64,000 bases of DNA. It comes from Eledone cirrhosa (Eukaryota). Positions 1 to 12,507 of this stretch are shown here, one piece after another (the first letter of the stretch is position 1; every line of letters begins with the position of its first letter). A model generated the notes under the pieces. It had not been told where the DNA came from. It made no database searches and was given only the letters and a program-made list of their open reading frames with translations. The stretch lies in NCBI GenBank assembly GCA_964016885.1, contig OZ024754.1, forward strand, positions 12,214,001 to 12,278,000. Reading direction: 5' to 3'. Made by a program: the position numbers and the translations under genes.

Positions 1-2210
1 GTGCCATGATAAAGAGTACCTATTACACTCTGTAAAGTGGTAATGCTGGTGCCATGATAAAGAGTACCTATTACACTCCGTAGGTAATGTTGGTGCCATG
101 ATAAAGAGTACCTATTACACTCTGTAAAGTGGTAATGCTGGTGCCATGATAAAGAGTACCTATTACACTCCGTAGGTAATGTTGTTGCCATGATAAAGAG
201 TACCTATTACACTCTGTAAAGTGGTAATGCTGGTGCCATGATAAAGAGTACCTATTACACTCTGTAAAGTGGTAATGCTGGTGCCATGATAAAGAGTACC
301 TATTACACTCCGTAGGTAATGTTGGTGCCATGATAAAGAGTACCTATTACACTCTGTAAAGTGGTAATGCTGGTGCCATGATAAAGAGTACCTATTACAC
401 TCTGTAGGTAATGTTGTTGCCATGATAAAGAGTACCTATTACACTCTGTAAAGTGGTAATGTTGGTGCCATGATAAAGAGTACCTATTACACTCTGTAAA
501 GTGGTAATGCTGGTGCCATGATAAAGAGTACCTATTACACTCCGTAGGTAATGTTGTTGCCATGATAAAGAGTACCTATTACACTCTGTAAAGTGGTAAT
601 GTTGTTGCCATGATAAAGAGTACCTATTACACTCTGTAAAGTGGTAATCCTGGTGCCATGATAAAGAGTACCTATTACACTCTGTAAAGTGGTAATGCTG
701 GTGCCATGATAAAGAGTACCTATTACACTCTGTAAAGTGGTAATGTTGGTGCCATGATAAAGAGTACCTATTACACTCTGTAAAGTGGTAATGCTGGTGC
801 CATGATAAAGAGTACCTATTACACTCTGTAAAGTGGTAATGCTGGTGCCATGATAAAGAGTACCTATTACACTCTGTAAAGTGGTAATGCTGGTGCCATG
901 ATAAAGAGTACCTATTACACTCCGTAGGTAATGTTGGTGCCATGATAAAGAGTACCTATTACACTCTGTAAAGTGGTAATGTTGGTGCCATGATAAAGAG
1001 TACCTATTACACTCTGTAAAGTGGTAATGCTGGTGCCATGGTAAAGAGTACCTATTACACTCTGTAAAGTGGTAGTGTTGGTGCCATGATAAAGAGTACC
1101 TATTACACTCTGTAAAGTGGTAATGTTGGTGCCATGATAAAGAGTACCTATTACACTCTGTAAAGTGGTAATGTTGGTGCCATGATAAAGAGTACCTATT
1201 ACACCCTCTAAAGTGGTAATGTTGATGCCATCATAAAGAGTACCTATTACACTCTGTAAAGTGGTAATGCTGGTGCCATGATAAAGAGTACCTATTACAC
1301 TCTGTAAAGTGGTAATGTTGGTGCCATGATAAAGAGTACCTATTACACTCTGTAGGTAATGTTGATGCCATGATAAAGAGTACCTATTACACTCTGTAAA
1401 GTGGTAATGTTGGTGCCATGATACAGAGTACCTATTACACTCTGTAAAGTGGTAATGTTGGTGCCATGATAAAGAGTACCTATTACACTCTGTAAAGTGG
1501 TAATTTTGGTGCCATGATAAAGAGTACCTATTACACCCCCTAAAGTGGTAATGTTGGTGCCATGATAAAGAGTACCTATTCCACTCTGTAAAGTGGTAAT
1601 GTTGGTGCCATGATAAAGAGTACCTATTACACTCCATAGGTAATGTTGGTGCCATGATAAAGAGTACCTATTACACTCCGTAGGTAATGTTGGTGCCATG
1701 ATAAAGAGTACCTATTACACTCCGTAGGTAATGTTGGTGCCATGATAAAGAGTACCTATTGCAATCTGTAAAGTGGTAATGCTGTTGCCATGATAAAGAG
1801 TACCTATTACACTCTGTAAAGTGGTAATGCTGGTGCCATGATAAAGAGTACCTATTACACCCTCTAAAGTGGTAATGTTGGTGCCATGATAAAGAGTACC
1901 TATTACACCCTCTAAAGTGGTAATGTTGGTGCCATGATAAAGAGTACCTATTACACTCTGTAAAGTGGTAATGTTGGTGCCATGATAAAGAGTACCTATT
2001 ACACTCTGTAAAGTGGTAATGTTGGTGCCATGATAAAGAGTACCTATTACACTCTGTAAAGTGGTAATGTTGGTGCCATGATAAAGAGTACCTATTACAC
2101 TCTGTAAAGTGGTAATGTTGGTGCCATGGTAAAGAGTACCTATTACACTCTGTAAAGTGGTAATGCTGGTGCCATGATAAAGAGTACCTATTACACTCTG
2201 TAAAGTGGTT
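1..2210. repeat. Minisatellite array, 48-bp unit (GTGCCATGATAAAGAGTACCTATTACACTCTGTAAAGTGGTAATGCTG) with interspersed 44-bp variant; intronic in MCCC2-like gene
   Basis: Directly visible head-to-tail units; 16-aa periodicity in the ORF track; the array runs off the window start. Confidence 0.97.
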
Positions 2211-2394
2211 AGCCTTACGAAGGGCATCCCACTGTAGAGTTCATGCCAAAACTGGAATGTATATAAACTATAAGCGAGACATGTTTCCATAGCTTATCTA
2301 CGAGAGCACTAACAGTTAAGTACTGACTTGGTCTGTAACGAACCAACCAACACATGCCAGCATAAACAAAAAAAAAACAGACATAAAATAATGA

Positions 2395-2482
2395 TAATGT
2401 GATGATAATGATGGTGGTGGTGGTGATGGTATGTGATGATGATGATGATGGTGGTGGTGATGGTGGTGGTGGTGATGGTATG

Positions 2483-2513
<31 letters not shown>

Positions 2514-2800
2514 GATGGTATGTGATGATGATGTTGATGATGTTGATAATGGTGGTGGTGGTGATGGTATGTGATGATGATGATGGTGGTGGTGGTGGTG
2601 GTGGTATGTGATGATGATGATGATGATGATGTTGATAATGGTGGTGGTGGTGGTGGTATGTGATGATGATGATGTGTGTGTGTGTGTGATGATGATGATG
2701 ATGCATGTGTGTGTGTGTGTGTGTGATGATGATGATGATGTGTGTGTGTGTGTGTGATGATGATGATGATGATGCATGTGTGTGTGTGTGTGTGTGTGCT
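2395..2800. repeat. Compound (GAT/GGT/GT)n simple repeat
   Basis: Directly visible low-complexity repeat. Confidence 0.9.
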
Positions 2801-2853
2801 CATTATACATAAATGGGAATAATATTGAAAGAGTATAAAACAATAAGACCTAC

Positions 2854-3020
2854 CATATTCCACAGAGGATGATGGTTGTTTTAGCAATGTCATGGGTGAA
2901 GTGTTCTGTAGAAATACAAGTGGAATGCCTCTTTCACAACACAACTGGACAAAATGGGATCCTTTAGTAGCAGCAGTGTCTGACAATTCACCATTGCTGG
3001 CTAGAATGCCAACTAAATGA
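2854..3020 (-). CDS. MCCC2-like carboxyltransferase, coding exon 7 ([42 protein letters not shown]...); gene continues beyond window start
   Basis: AG acceptor at 3021-3022 and GT donor at 2852-2853; phase 2 in matches exon 6; resembles MCCC2 [21 protein letters not shown]. Confidence 0.88.
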
Positions 3021-3099
3021 CTATAAAAGAAAATTAGAACCAATTAAAAAAAAAAAAAATGGCAATTGCTAAATTCTAGAATTCTTTAGAATAACAACA

Positions 3100-3290
3100 C
3101 GGTAAAAACCTCCCAGCCCCACACTGTAAATGTGGTTGGTGTTAGGAAGGGCATCCAACTGTAGAAAACCTGCCAGACAGTCCTATGCGAGCAAGACAAT
3201 CACTCTTGCCTCAAGTGGGAATACCCCCGTCCAAACCCATGCAAGCGTGGAACACGGACGTTAAACGTTGATGATGATGATGATGATGAT
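3100..3290 (+). mobile_element. SINE family B fragment (AGGAAGGGCATCCAGCTGTAGAAA core, ...GGACGTTAAACGATGATGAT tail; RTE-like tail)
   Basis: Same core and (GAT)n tail recur at about 4610-4840, 6810-6960(-), 12115-12420(-), 13725-14045(-), 14045-14433, 17265-17545, 28880-29022, 61412-61740(-). Confidence 0.8.
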
Positions 3291-3658
3291 GAAATGCATA
3301 ATGAAGAAGGCATGAACACATGATATTAAGAAAGTTAAATTTTAACTAAAAATTATACATTTTCTTTCTTTTTCTCAATTATTTTTTCAGGCAGTTATTT
3401 TCAAACCAGAAACCTGGTCTAAAATCCTGAAACACAGTAAACTTGGTATATATAAACAGTTTCCATCTACCAAATTTTACTATCATGGCATTACTTAACT
3501 CAAATGATAGGAAACATTTGCTCAAAATGCCAGGCATTGGGATTGAACCTGGAATCGTGGCTACAAAAGCAAATTTTTTAACCACACAGTCCTAAAGATA
3601 TAATAAAGAACTAGTAAAAGTATTTTGATGATAAAAAAAAGTCTTTGAAAACACAGAC

Positions 3659-3750
3659 CTGTTAATATGTGAAAAACCTGTTACCAGACCAGTTCCATAT
3701 CTTTTCTTGAATTCTTGGAATCTGCTATCATCAGTGATTCTGGCTATGAT
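3659..3750 (-). CDS. MCCC2-like coding exon 6 (IIARITDDSRFQEFKKRYGTGLVTGFSHIN)
   Basis: AG/GT boundaries; 92 nt, phase 0 to 2; matches the MCCC2 IARIVDGSRFxEFKxxYGxTLVTGF segment; too short for the ORF track. Confidence 0.9.
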
Positions 3751-3806
3751 CTGTGATTGAAAGAGGGAAGAAGAAATGTTTTAGTAACAGTGCAGGATTT
3801 AATCAA

Positions 3807-4014
3807 CCTTTTAGTATTTATATTACTCTATATTTACTATTGTGTTTTCATAGTAAAGGCTTTATCTCACATAATATCGAATCTATGAGATTTTGATATG
3901 ATTTATTTTGAGAACAATACCTTAAAATTAGTATGAGTGGCTAGTTATGGCTGGTTTGAACAGAAATAGTTGAGAGAATTCTGGATGGATATGACCGGTT
4001 TAAATGCTAAAGGG
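3807..4014. mobile_element. piggyBac-like MITE (CCCTTTAGCATTTA terminal inverted repeats, TTAA flanks), decayed copy
   Basis: Same about 210-bp element at 6113-6323, 18027-18246, 32542-32742, 48563-48777. Confidence 0.7.
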
Positions 4015-5021
4015 TTAAAGCCATGGTTAGTTGAGTTGTGGTTGAAAACCTTGGACTTTATCACTGAATTGATGACAGAGGTTATTGTTGATATAATACA
4101 TGGGTCTCCAATTCAATCTGAACAATGGAAGAATTGAATGACAAAGATGAAGTTAAAGAGTTTAAGTGTAAAGTGGTTGGTGATAGGAAGAACATCCAGC
4201 CATAGAAAACCTGCCAAACAAAGGGTCAGGGAGACTCTCCAGCCATGTCAAAGACATGACAACTTCCCTACTGCTAATATAACATTAAAATGCATTTAGT
4301 AGAGTGTAGTATCATATGTTGACCCCCCAGAATCGACCCCAGTACGTAACTGGTACTTTTTTTTTCAACCTCGAAAGGATGAAAGGCAAAGTTGACTTTG
4401 GTGGGGTTTGAAATAAGATCACACAGTGCCAGGATGAATGCTGTAAAGCATTCTATCTGACATTCTAATGCCTCTGCCATTTCATTGCCTCAAGGTTGAA
4501 AGTACTTTTGGTAAAAGAAGAGTATAATTCTTTAAATAAAGTCACTATATTACAGTTACTCTATAGATCCTCCCATGAGGTGAATAGCAAAGCTTTGAAT
4601 TTAAGCAGAGAAACACACAGTCCACGCTGTAATGTGGCCGTGTAGGCAACACAGTAAAAACCTCCCAGTCCCACACTGTAAATGTGGTTGGTGTTAGGAA
4701 GGGCATCCAGCCGTAGAAAACTCGCCAGACAGTCCTATGCGAGCAAGACAACCACTCTTACCTCAAGTGGGAAAACTCCCGTCCAAACCCATGCAAGTGT
4801 GGAATATGGATGTTAAACGATGATGATGATGATGATGATGAATTATTTGATATAAATAAGAATAAGACCTGGGCAGAGTTTGTAAGAGTTTGTAAGAGCT
4901 GATCTCAAATTGCGGAAGCTCACAGTAGAGAAGATGAAGGAACCTAACAAATTGAAGGATGCTGTGCTGGAAAAGACCTGTCCAACACATGCAAGCATTG
5001 AAAAGCAGGTGTAAAATGATA

Positions 5022-5054
<33 letters not shown>

Positions 5055-5110
5055 CATTACATCCTGCATGAACCCAAACAATTTGGGTTTCTGGATAATG
5101 GTTAACTTAC

Positions 5111-5300
5111 TTTATAAGGGTCCATCTCATGCTGGTTGTGTTCTGGTATCAATCCTAATAGCTCTGATGGGTCATAGTAAGGAGGTGGTGAAGTGAAAGT
5201 GTTTCGGCCTGGGGTCTGGTTCAGGGTGGCCACAATATCCCTTGTTATGTTGAATGCTTCTTCCTCAGTATCAGCATAATGGTCACTGCATCCACTCATA
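5111..5300 (-). CDS. MCCC2-like coding exon 5 (MSGCSDHYADTEEEAFNITRDIVATLN...MDPYK)
   Basis: AG/GT boundaries, phase 2 to 0; SGxxDHxA motif of acyl-CoA carboxyltransferases. Confidence 0.9.
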
Positions 5301-6112
5301 CTGCCAAAATATGAGAGTCAATTATTTCAGACATAGTTTAAGAAGGGGTGAATATATGAGTTATTATAAAACCGATTTCTAATTTAAGCACAAGGCCAGC
5401 ACATTTGGGAGAAAGGTAAAGTTGATTAAATCAACCCCAGTACTTGACTGATACTTTATTTTATCAACCCTAGAAGGATGAAAAGCAAAATTTGCCTCAG
5501 CAAGAACTGAACTCAAACTGTTATTAGCCAGAACAAATAGCACAATGGTATTTTATCTGAAGCTCTACCAATTCTGCTAATCAGCTACTCTCATGAGAAG
5601 CAAACACTGGGTCACAGAGAACATTCTAGAACTGTGTGTCACAAGACGTAATACTGGGTCACATGGAAGACATCCTATAACTGTGATACAAGAAGCTGAG
5701 AGTGCTGAAAGAAATACACACACTGAGGTAGACAAGAGTATTAAAAATCAGTCAGAAAATCACAAGAGAAATGAAAAAAGCAATTAAGAGGGAAGAAATT
5801 ATTCTCAGACTGAGGACCTGGCTCAGATATTTGTAAGAGAGGACTTTGCTAAAATTCTCCAATGAGCCAAGTGGTTGTGTTAAACTGGATCAAAGATTAA
5901 GTCTACCATCCAGCAGGCATGGTCTCTCCAACAATCTAACACAAAATTTCCATCTAAGAAATTTCCCTCAGAAGTCTTTTGTTGATTTGAGGCTTTAATA
6001 TAAGACAATTGCTGAAAGTCCTACATAGTTGGGTTAAGGCTGAAACCATGTAGTTGCAAAGCCAACTTCTTAACCACCCAGTTGTGACATCCATCCATAT
6101 GCTAGTATTTAA

Positions 6113-6323
6113 CCCTTTAGCATTTAGCATTACTATATATATATACTGTTATATTTTCATGGTAAAGACTTTACTTCACATAAAATCGAATCTATGAAAT
6201 TTTTACATTATTTATTTTGAGAACAATACCTTAACATCAGTATGAACAGCCGGTTACAGCCGGTTTGAACAGAAAGAGGTTAGAGAATTCTGGCCAGATA
6301 TTACCGGTTTAAATGCTAAAGGG
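6113..6323. mobile_element. piggyBac-like MITE
   Basis: TTAA-CCCTTTAGCATTTA ... TAAATGCTAAAGGG terminal inverted repeats. Confidence 0.75.
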
Positions 6324-6400
6324 TTCACTAAATTTATGATCAGAAATAGAACAGTTTCTAAGTTTTGCTGTTCTAAACATGATGAAGATGGTTTTGTTAC

Positions 6401-6579
6401 CTTGAATGTAGAGCAGCTCCACCTAAGTCTTCAGCACTGACAATTTCACCAAGAGCTGCCTTAACTAATGGAGGGCCTCCAAGGAAAATTGCACCAATTC
6501 TGTGGACAATGACCACTTCGTTGGACATTGTGGGCAAGTAGGCACCACCTGCAGTGCAATGACCAAGTACAACTGAGAT
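6401..6579 (-). CDS. MCCC2-like coding exon 4 ([19 protein letters not shown]...[29 protein letters not shown])
   Basis: AG/GT boundaries; hallmark CTAGGAY and [24 protein letters not shown] motifs of MCC beta. Confidence 0.95.
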
Positions 6580-7244
6580 CTGAAAGTATAGAAACATCAC
6601 AAATAACACCAATAAACAAGATACATCTTTATTTTCTATTCAGCCATTATAAATCCAGTGATGGATGAAACTTCAGTATGTTGATGCTGGCTTATCTAGG
6701 CTGGCTGTAGCCATATCTGTCCAGACTGACCAATTGCAGGTTAAATGGGAGATCACAGGTCACAATAGTTAGAGGGTTAGCCCTGTCCAGCCAATCCACC
6801 ACCTGGACAAGTATTGGTCGTCTGACCGTGTCTCGCTCGTATAGGACTGTCTGGCAGGTTTTCTACGGCTGGATGCCCTTCCTAACACCAACCACATTTA
6901 CAGTGTGGACTGGGAGGTTTTTACTGTGTTACCTACACAGCCACATTACAGTGTGGACTGTGTGTTTTATTTTTGTCATGACACCTACACAACCTCATTT
7001 ATTTAGAACTGGATGTTGTGGTACCAACATAACTTTACAGAGAAAGGGATGGTGTAGACGGGGCTGGGGGAGTTGGAGTAGTGGGAGTGGGTGTATATTT
7101 CACCAAAGCCACAACCAAATCAATCTACTAAAGTGCTGTACTATCTTGGGTACATGTAAAAAAAGTTGATTCTGTGAAGCAATTTTATGCAGTCTAAGCT
7201 GCTTTTTATATACTAATGGGAAATATACTGGTAGCTTTAATTAC

Positions 7245-7325
7245 CTGAGGTATATTCTGTGATGCCATATTGGCAATATTGTAAAAGACTCGACCCCCTT
7301 GTTCCTTGTCTGGGAATATTTCTGA
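7245..7325 (-). CDS. MCCC2-like coding exon 3 (SEIFPDKEQGGRVFYNIANMASQNIPQ)
   Basis: 81 nt, cttacAG acceptor and GTaatt donor, phase 0/0; matches MCCC2 FPDxxHxGRxFYN...IPQ; absent from the ORF track. Confidence 0.92.
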
Positions 7326-7801
7326 CTGTAAGAAAAAATGCAAAAAAAAAAATAAGAAAAATTATATTAAGACAACCAGATTACTGCTTAATCAATATAA
7401 CAAAATACCATTTTAAAATGTCAGGAAGAGTTGTCAGTTATTTTAGATACTAAGGACTCTGGCCTGACAGCCCACCAAGGAATTAATGGGAGGAGGCAGA
7501 GGAAGGGGAGGAGGAGGGAAGGAAAAGGAAGAAGAGGGGGGAAAAGAGGAGGCAGAGAGAGGAGAAGGTGGAGGAAAGAAAAAGAAAGACAAGAAGAAGA
7601 AAAGTTGGGAGGAGTGCATCCCAACTGAGGGAGAAGATGAGGTGGTGTGGCTGATACAGCAGGTGATGCTGGCTGTTCTTTGCAGCAATGCTTTCAGCAT
7701 TTTATCTATGGGTTGGGTAGAGCTGAAATATAGCACCACACTGGGGTAGAGAGTCTGCTGCTCCCTTCCTTTCTTCTTACTATCATTATTTATTGGCAGT
7801 A

Positions 7802-8172
7802 GGGCGGTGAATTGGCAGTATCGGTAGAGGGTCGGACGCCATGCTTTCCAGCATAGTTACGTCCCTTTACGATCTGAGTTCAAATCCCGCCGAGGTTGAC
7901 TTTGCCTTTCATCCTTACGGGGTCGATAAAATAAAGTACCAGTAATGAACCGGGTAATTGCTGGCATTGTGCCTAAAGTAGAAACAATTATTTATTGGCA
8001 GTATCGGTAGAGGGTTGGACGCCATGCTTTCTAGCATAGTTACGTCCCTTTACAGTCTCAGTTCAAATCCCGCCGAGGTTAACTTTGCTTTTCACCCTTA
8101 CGGGGTCGATAAAATAAAGTACCAGTAATGTACTGAATAATTGCTGGCCTTGTGCCAAAAAGTAGAAACAAT
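7802..8172 (+). mobile_element. Two tandem copies of tRNA-derived SINE family A (GAGTTCAAATCCC B-box; GCCTTTCATCCTTACGGGGTCGATAAAATAAAGTACCAG body)
   Basis: Pol III A/B-box-like head and a conserved body resembling the Meta-type SINE domain; more than 15 copies in the window (e.g. 9369-9745, 11885-12062, 16984-17170, 31137-31315, 33956-34142, 34824-35010, 35565-36172, 42268-42458, 48275-48453, 60268-60730). Confidence 0.85.
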
Positions 8173-8281
8173 TATTTAATGTTTTCTCTCTGTTTTTTTT
8201 TTTTTAATTGCAAACATTATATGATTTAAATAAAATTTGTTGAATAAATGGCCGCGTATTTAAAGTTGAAAAGCAACTCAC

Positions 8282-8460
8282 CTGCAGAGGTAGAAAAGCG
8301 CCACCAGAATCAACTAGATAGATGCAAGGGAGACGATTCTGCAAAGCAATTTCCTGCAACCTTAGCTGCTTTTTTACACTAATAGGAAATATACTGCCAC
8401 CTTTAACTGTTGCATCATTGGCCAAAATTAAGCATTCAATACCATGAATTCGACCAATAC
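8282..8460 (-). CDS. MCCC2-like coding exon 2 ([60 protein letters not shown])
   Basis: AG/GT boundaries; ANDATVKGG and [14 protein letters not shown] motifs of MCC beta. Confidence 0.95.
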
Positions 8461-8575
8461 CTGAAAATAAAGGCAATCTATTTTATCATCATCAACTTGT
8501 GTCAAAGAAATGGTTGGGAGGACCCTTCAGTCGTTTTAAGGGCATGATGGCCTCCCTAGTGCTGGTTATCTACAT

Positions 8576-8817
8576 CAGGCATGTCAAATTGAGGGTCCCC
8601 TAAGGGCCAAATGGGTCACATATGTGTTGTCTGAGGGCCACACATGACAACTAATTTTGCGTACATTACAACTAATTTTTGTATTTTATATTACGAAGAT
8701 AAAGCATGCTCACGCTGTAGAAACCTTTGTGCGGGCCGCATGCGTGCTTGTAAAGGGCCGCATGCATGCTTGTAAAGGGCCGCATGCGTCCCACTGGCCG
8801 CATGTTTGACATGCCTG
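8576..8817. mobile_element. hAT-superfamily MITE (CAGGCATGTCAAA terminal inverted repeats) inserted into a SINE-B copy
   Basis: Perfect 8-bp target-site duplication ATCTACAT at 8568-8575 and 8818-8825; inverted termini. Confidence 0.9.
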
Positions 8818-9317
8818 ATCTACATGATAAAAGCACCCAGTACACGTTGTGAAGTGGTTAGTGAGAGGAAGGGCATCCAGCTGTAGAAAGCTTGACAAAC
8901 AAAGTGTTCGGAGGACCTTTCAAGGTCATGACAACCTCCCTTGGTGTTGGTGTTCTACATGATAAACGCACCCAGTACATGCTGTAAAGTGTTTGGTGAT
9001 AGGAAGGGCATACAGCTGTAGAAAGCTTAAAGTGTTCAGAGGCCCCTTCAGTTGTGTCAAAGACATGACAAACTCTCCTGTGCACTCAGTAGAACATATG
9101 ACCGTACGTAAGCGAGATTCAGTCCCCTTCCCCAGCCTGTCTGGGAGGTTTGTAGCCCAGGTCTACACCACGCAGTCGTCTTTCATTCGGAACTACTGCC
9201 TTCCTAGATGAGCTGCCTTCTGCACAGCTTACGGAGCCCACGTTTGCCCCGTGAAGTCTTATTTTAATCGGAGTCACTGCTATGGCTTATGGAGCTCAAT
9301 TTTTACTTTAATGTCTG

Positions 9318-9367
<50 letters not shown>

Positions 9368-10102
9368 GGGCGGTGGATTAGCAGTGTCGTTAGAGCGTCG
9401 GACCACATGCTTTATGGCATAAGGTTATGGTCCTTTATGACCTGAGTTCAAATTCTGCCGAGGTTAACTTTGCCTTTCATCCTTACGGGGTCGATAAAAT
9501 AAATACCAGTAATGCACTGAAGTCAACATAATCGACTTTCCCTTCCCATCAAATTGCTGGCCTTGTGCCTAAACCTAAAGGCCAGCAATTACCCAGTGCA
9601 TTACTGGTACTTTATTTTATCGACCCTGTAAGGATGAAAGGCAAAGTTAACCTCAGCGGGATTTGAACTCAGACTGTAAAGGGACGTAACTATGCTAGAA
9701 AGCATGGCGTCCAGCCCTCTACCGATACTGCCAATTCACCGCCCTTAATTAACAAATAACGACAGTTGTCTCCCTTCCCTTTACGCTGATCCTCATCCCC
9801 GCCCTCTTAAAATCAGCTTGCTCGAGTATTTTGCAATCGGTCAGGATATTACCCTTAAAAGACGGTATGGTAATGGTTTTTTGAGTCTACTTGATCAGGG
9901 TTGACTTCAGGCTAAACAACAACAACAAAAATAATTCGCAGGAGAGCACAAACAGAATTCCAGCAAGCAATGAAGGAATGTTTACGTTATCGCTCGAGCT
10001 ACTAGAAATAGCAGCCAAATCTCTTAAATAAAACCCGAGGCTGCCAATTCACCCCCATGTCCCCTTGAGATCCTTCCATATTTACGATTGAAGAACGTCA
10101 AT

Positions 10103-10140
<38 letters not shown>

Positions 10141-10603
10141 TAGGACGGTAAAAATTGGAGTGCTATTTGTGACGAAGTATCTGTTGAACTTGTGAGGAAT
10201 AAATACACACAAGATATTTTTATTCGAACGCACCGTTTAATCTTCTCGTCACTGTTTACACTTATGAAAATACAGAACTACACCTCCACATACACTCACA
10301 TATACACACAGCTGACCTACTGCTACACAAGTGCGTACACACATAAATCACTGAAAGACTTTTAGACATACTAGAGATATAAGTAACATTTTATCTGACT
10401 GTCTTAAAAAGGAAAGTTATATTGGATAATATAATTCTAGAGACACTCTGACGGGGAAGCTTAAGGTTGGAACGGCTTTAATCATAGGCCTTCCCACGAC
10501 TAGAGCTGATACAAGTTAACCAACAATAACGACACACAGACACACACCCAAGCATAGTTACATACATATACAAGAAAAAACAAAGAAATTTGGTTTATTT
10601 CAC

Positions 10604-11099
10604 CTGATAAAATTCCAGCCTGGGGTATATTTCCATATTCCATTCCCATCCCAGCTATTTGCGACAGCTCAAAGAAGGAAGAGTCGTCATCGAGAACTTG
10701 TTTAACTCTGTCTCTGGCCAAAACTTTCTTGTGGTATTTGGTATGTCTCTCAACAGAGCGACTCCCACCTCCGGCCAAAGATTCTTTAAGTAAACGATCA
10801 TACTCGCAAATTAAACTTTCGGTCTGTTTTCGATTCTTCTGGAAGACATCGTTGCTGCTATCTAAAGCAGCCTGTTGAAGACGTGGAAATATTTGGGACT
10901 TTGAACCTCTGTTCCTTGTTACATCGACATCAGACTGTTGATGTTTATTATTATTACTATTGATATTATTAGTCACTGGTCGTTTAAAAAGCAAACGTTG
11001 ACAATTGGCAGGTAGAAATTCACGATTTGTTTGACATTGTAAAATACATCGATTAATTTGATGGTGTTTTAAAAAAGGGAGCGATGAAAGAGCTTTCAT
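10604..11099 (-). CDS. MCCC2-like (methylcrotonoyl-CoA carboxylase beta-like) first coding exon, with likely mitochondrial targeting peptide
   Basis: ATG at 11099, GT donor at 10602-10603, phase 1 joins exon 2 (G|GT); GGGxxSVERH...K.LARDRV...LD..S.FFELS motif of MCC beta. Confidence 0.9.
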
Positions 11100-12418
11100 C
11101 GTGCCGATAAATGTTATCTAAATGATATTAAACGTAGTCAAATGGACAAGGGAGATAAATCTAACAAAATTTAACTTAATTCGATCCAGAAATTCGGCTT
11201 ACAAAGGTAGACTGGTAAATTAATAGGTTTATTATGAAGGAGTCACGCTAGAGTTATAATATGTAGTATGCATTAATTTCAACTCTTCTTATTAAGAACT
11301 GTATTGCTTCTTTCCATGGACTACATTGAAAAATAAACCACAGTTGGTCATTCCACGAGAGTAACTTGGTCACGTACTTAATAAGCGTAAGATTGGGCAA
11401 ATATATACAGTACCCTCCAAAACAAAGGGGAAGGTTATAATAAAGAAGAAGTGTGTGTGACCTGCACGCTCAATCACACCACAACAAGGGATGCTGGAGC
11501 TTCTAATAATTTTAGAGGCAAGCCAACACCATTGCAGACATCAGTAATTTGTTGTATATATAAACAAATCTAGAGATAAAATCAAATTGCAATTCAAAAG
11601 GAAATAACAGCAATACTAATTACCTACATAGTCACAAGGTTACGTGATTGGTACTTTAGTGAACTAGAAAGGATAAAAGGCAAAGTTTACTTCAGTTCAG
11701 TGCAATTTGAACTCAGAACGTAAGAAAGCAGAAGGTATACCAGACAGTGTAACGATTCCACCAATGCACAGCAGTAAGGTATAAAATAAACACTAATTAA
11801 GCTAGAGTCAGGCTGGGCTTTTATTTGTTGAGGCCTTAACCTATATGAAATTTGAGGACCTTCTCTAAAATATCATTATTATTATTGGCAGTATCGGTAG
11901 AGGGTCGGACGCCATGCTTTCCAGCATAGTTACGTCCCTTTACGATCTGAGTTCAAATCCCGCCGAGGTTGACTTTGCCTTTCATCCTTACGGGGTCGAT
12001 AAAATAAAGTACCAGTAATGCACTGGGTAATTGCTGGCCTTGTGCCTAAAGTAGAAACAATTATTATTTTTAATATTAATGTTAATGATAAAGAATAAAT
12101 AATATATATATATATCATCAACATCACCGTTTTACGTCCGTTCTTCCACGCTAGCATGGGTTAGACGGGTTGTCCTGTTGTGGGCAGTGTCCGGTCGGCT
12201 GACCTTGTCTTGCTCATACTGGAACTGATTCTGGGTTGATTTCTACAGCTGGCTGCCCTTCCTAACCTCATTTACAGTGAGTGTTGGGTGCTTTTTTCCC
12301 GTGGCGCCTCCACAACCACTTTGCAGTGGAAGGGGGGGGGGGGGTATATTGTCTACTGCATGAGGCCAGAGAGGTGCAATTAAGTTAGGTCGTCTTTTAT
12401 CACCTCATCCCAGGTCTT

Positions 12419-12474
<56 letters not shown>

Positions 12475-12507
12475 AATAATGGAGCTGCGGGGTTGCAAAT
12501 GGGTTAC

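Noticed and set aside
1-2210. CRISPR-like regular array and long repetitive ORFs (HQHYHFTECNRYSLSW)n
   Set aside because: No unique spacers, no cas genes, eukaryotic intron; the ORFs are by-products of a 48-bp unit and shift frame at the 44-bp variants
7802-7900. tRNA gene (GAGTTCAAATCCC B-box)
   Set aside because: No cloverleaf; it is the tRNA-derived head of a multi-copy SINE
11360-11400. Promoter motifs (CCAAT on minus strand, GTCACGT) upstream of the MCCC2-like ATG
   Set aside because: Short motifs expected by chance; the TSS and any 5'-UTR intron cannot be determined from sequence alone
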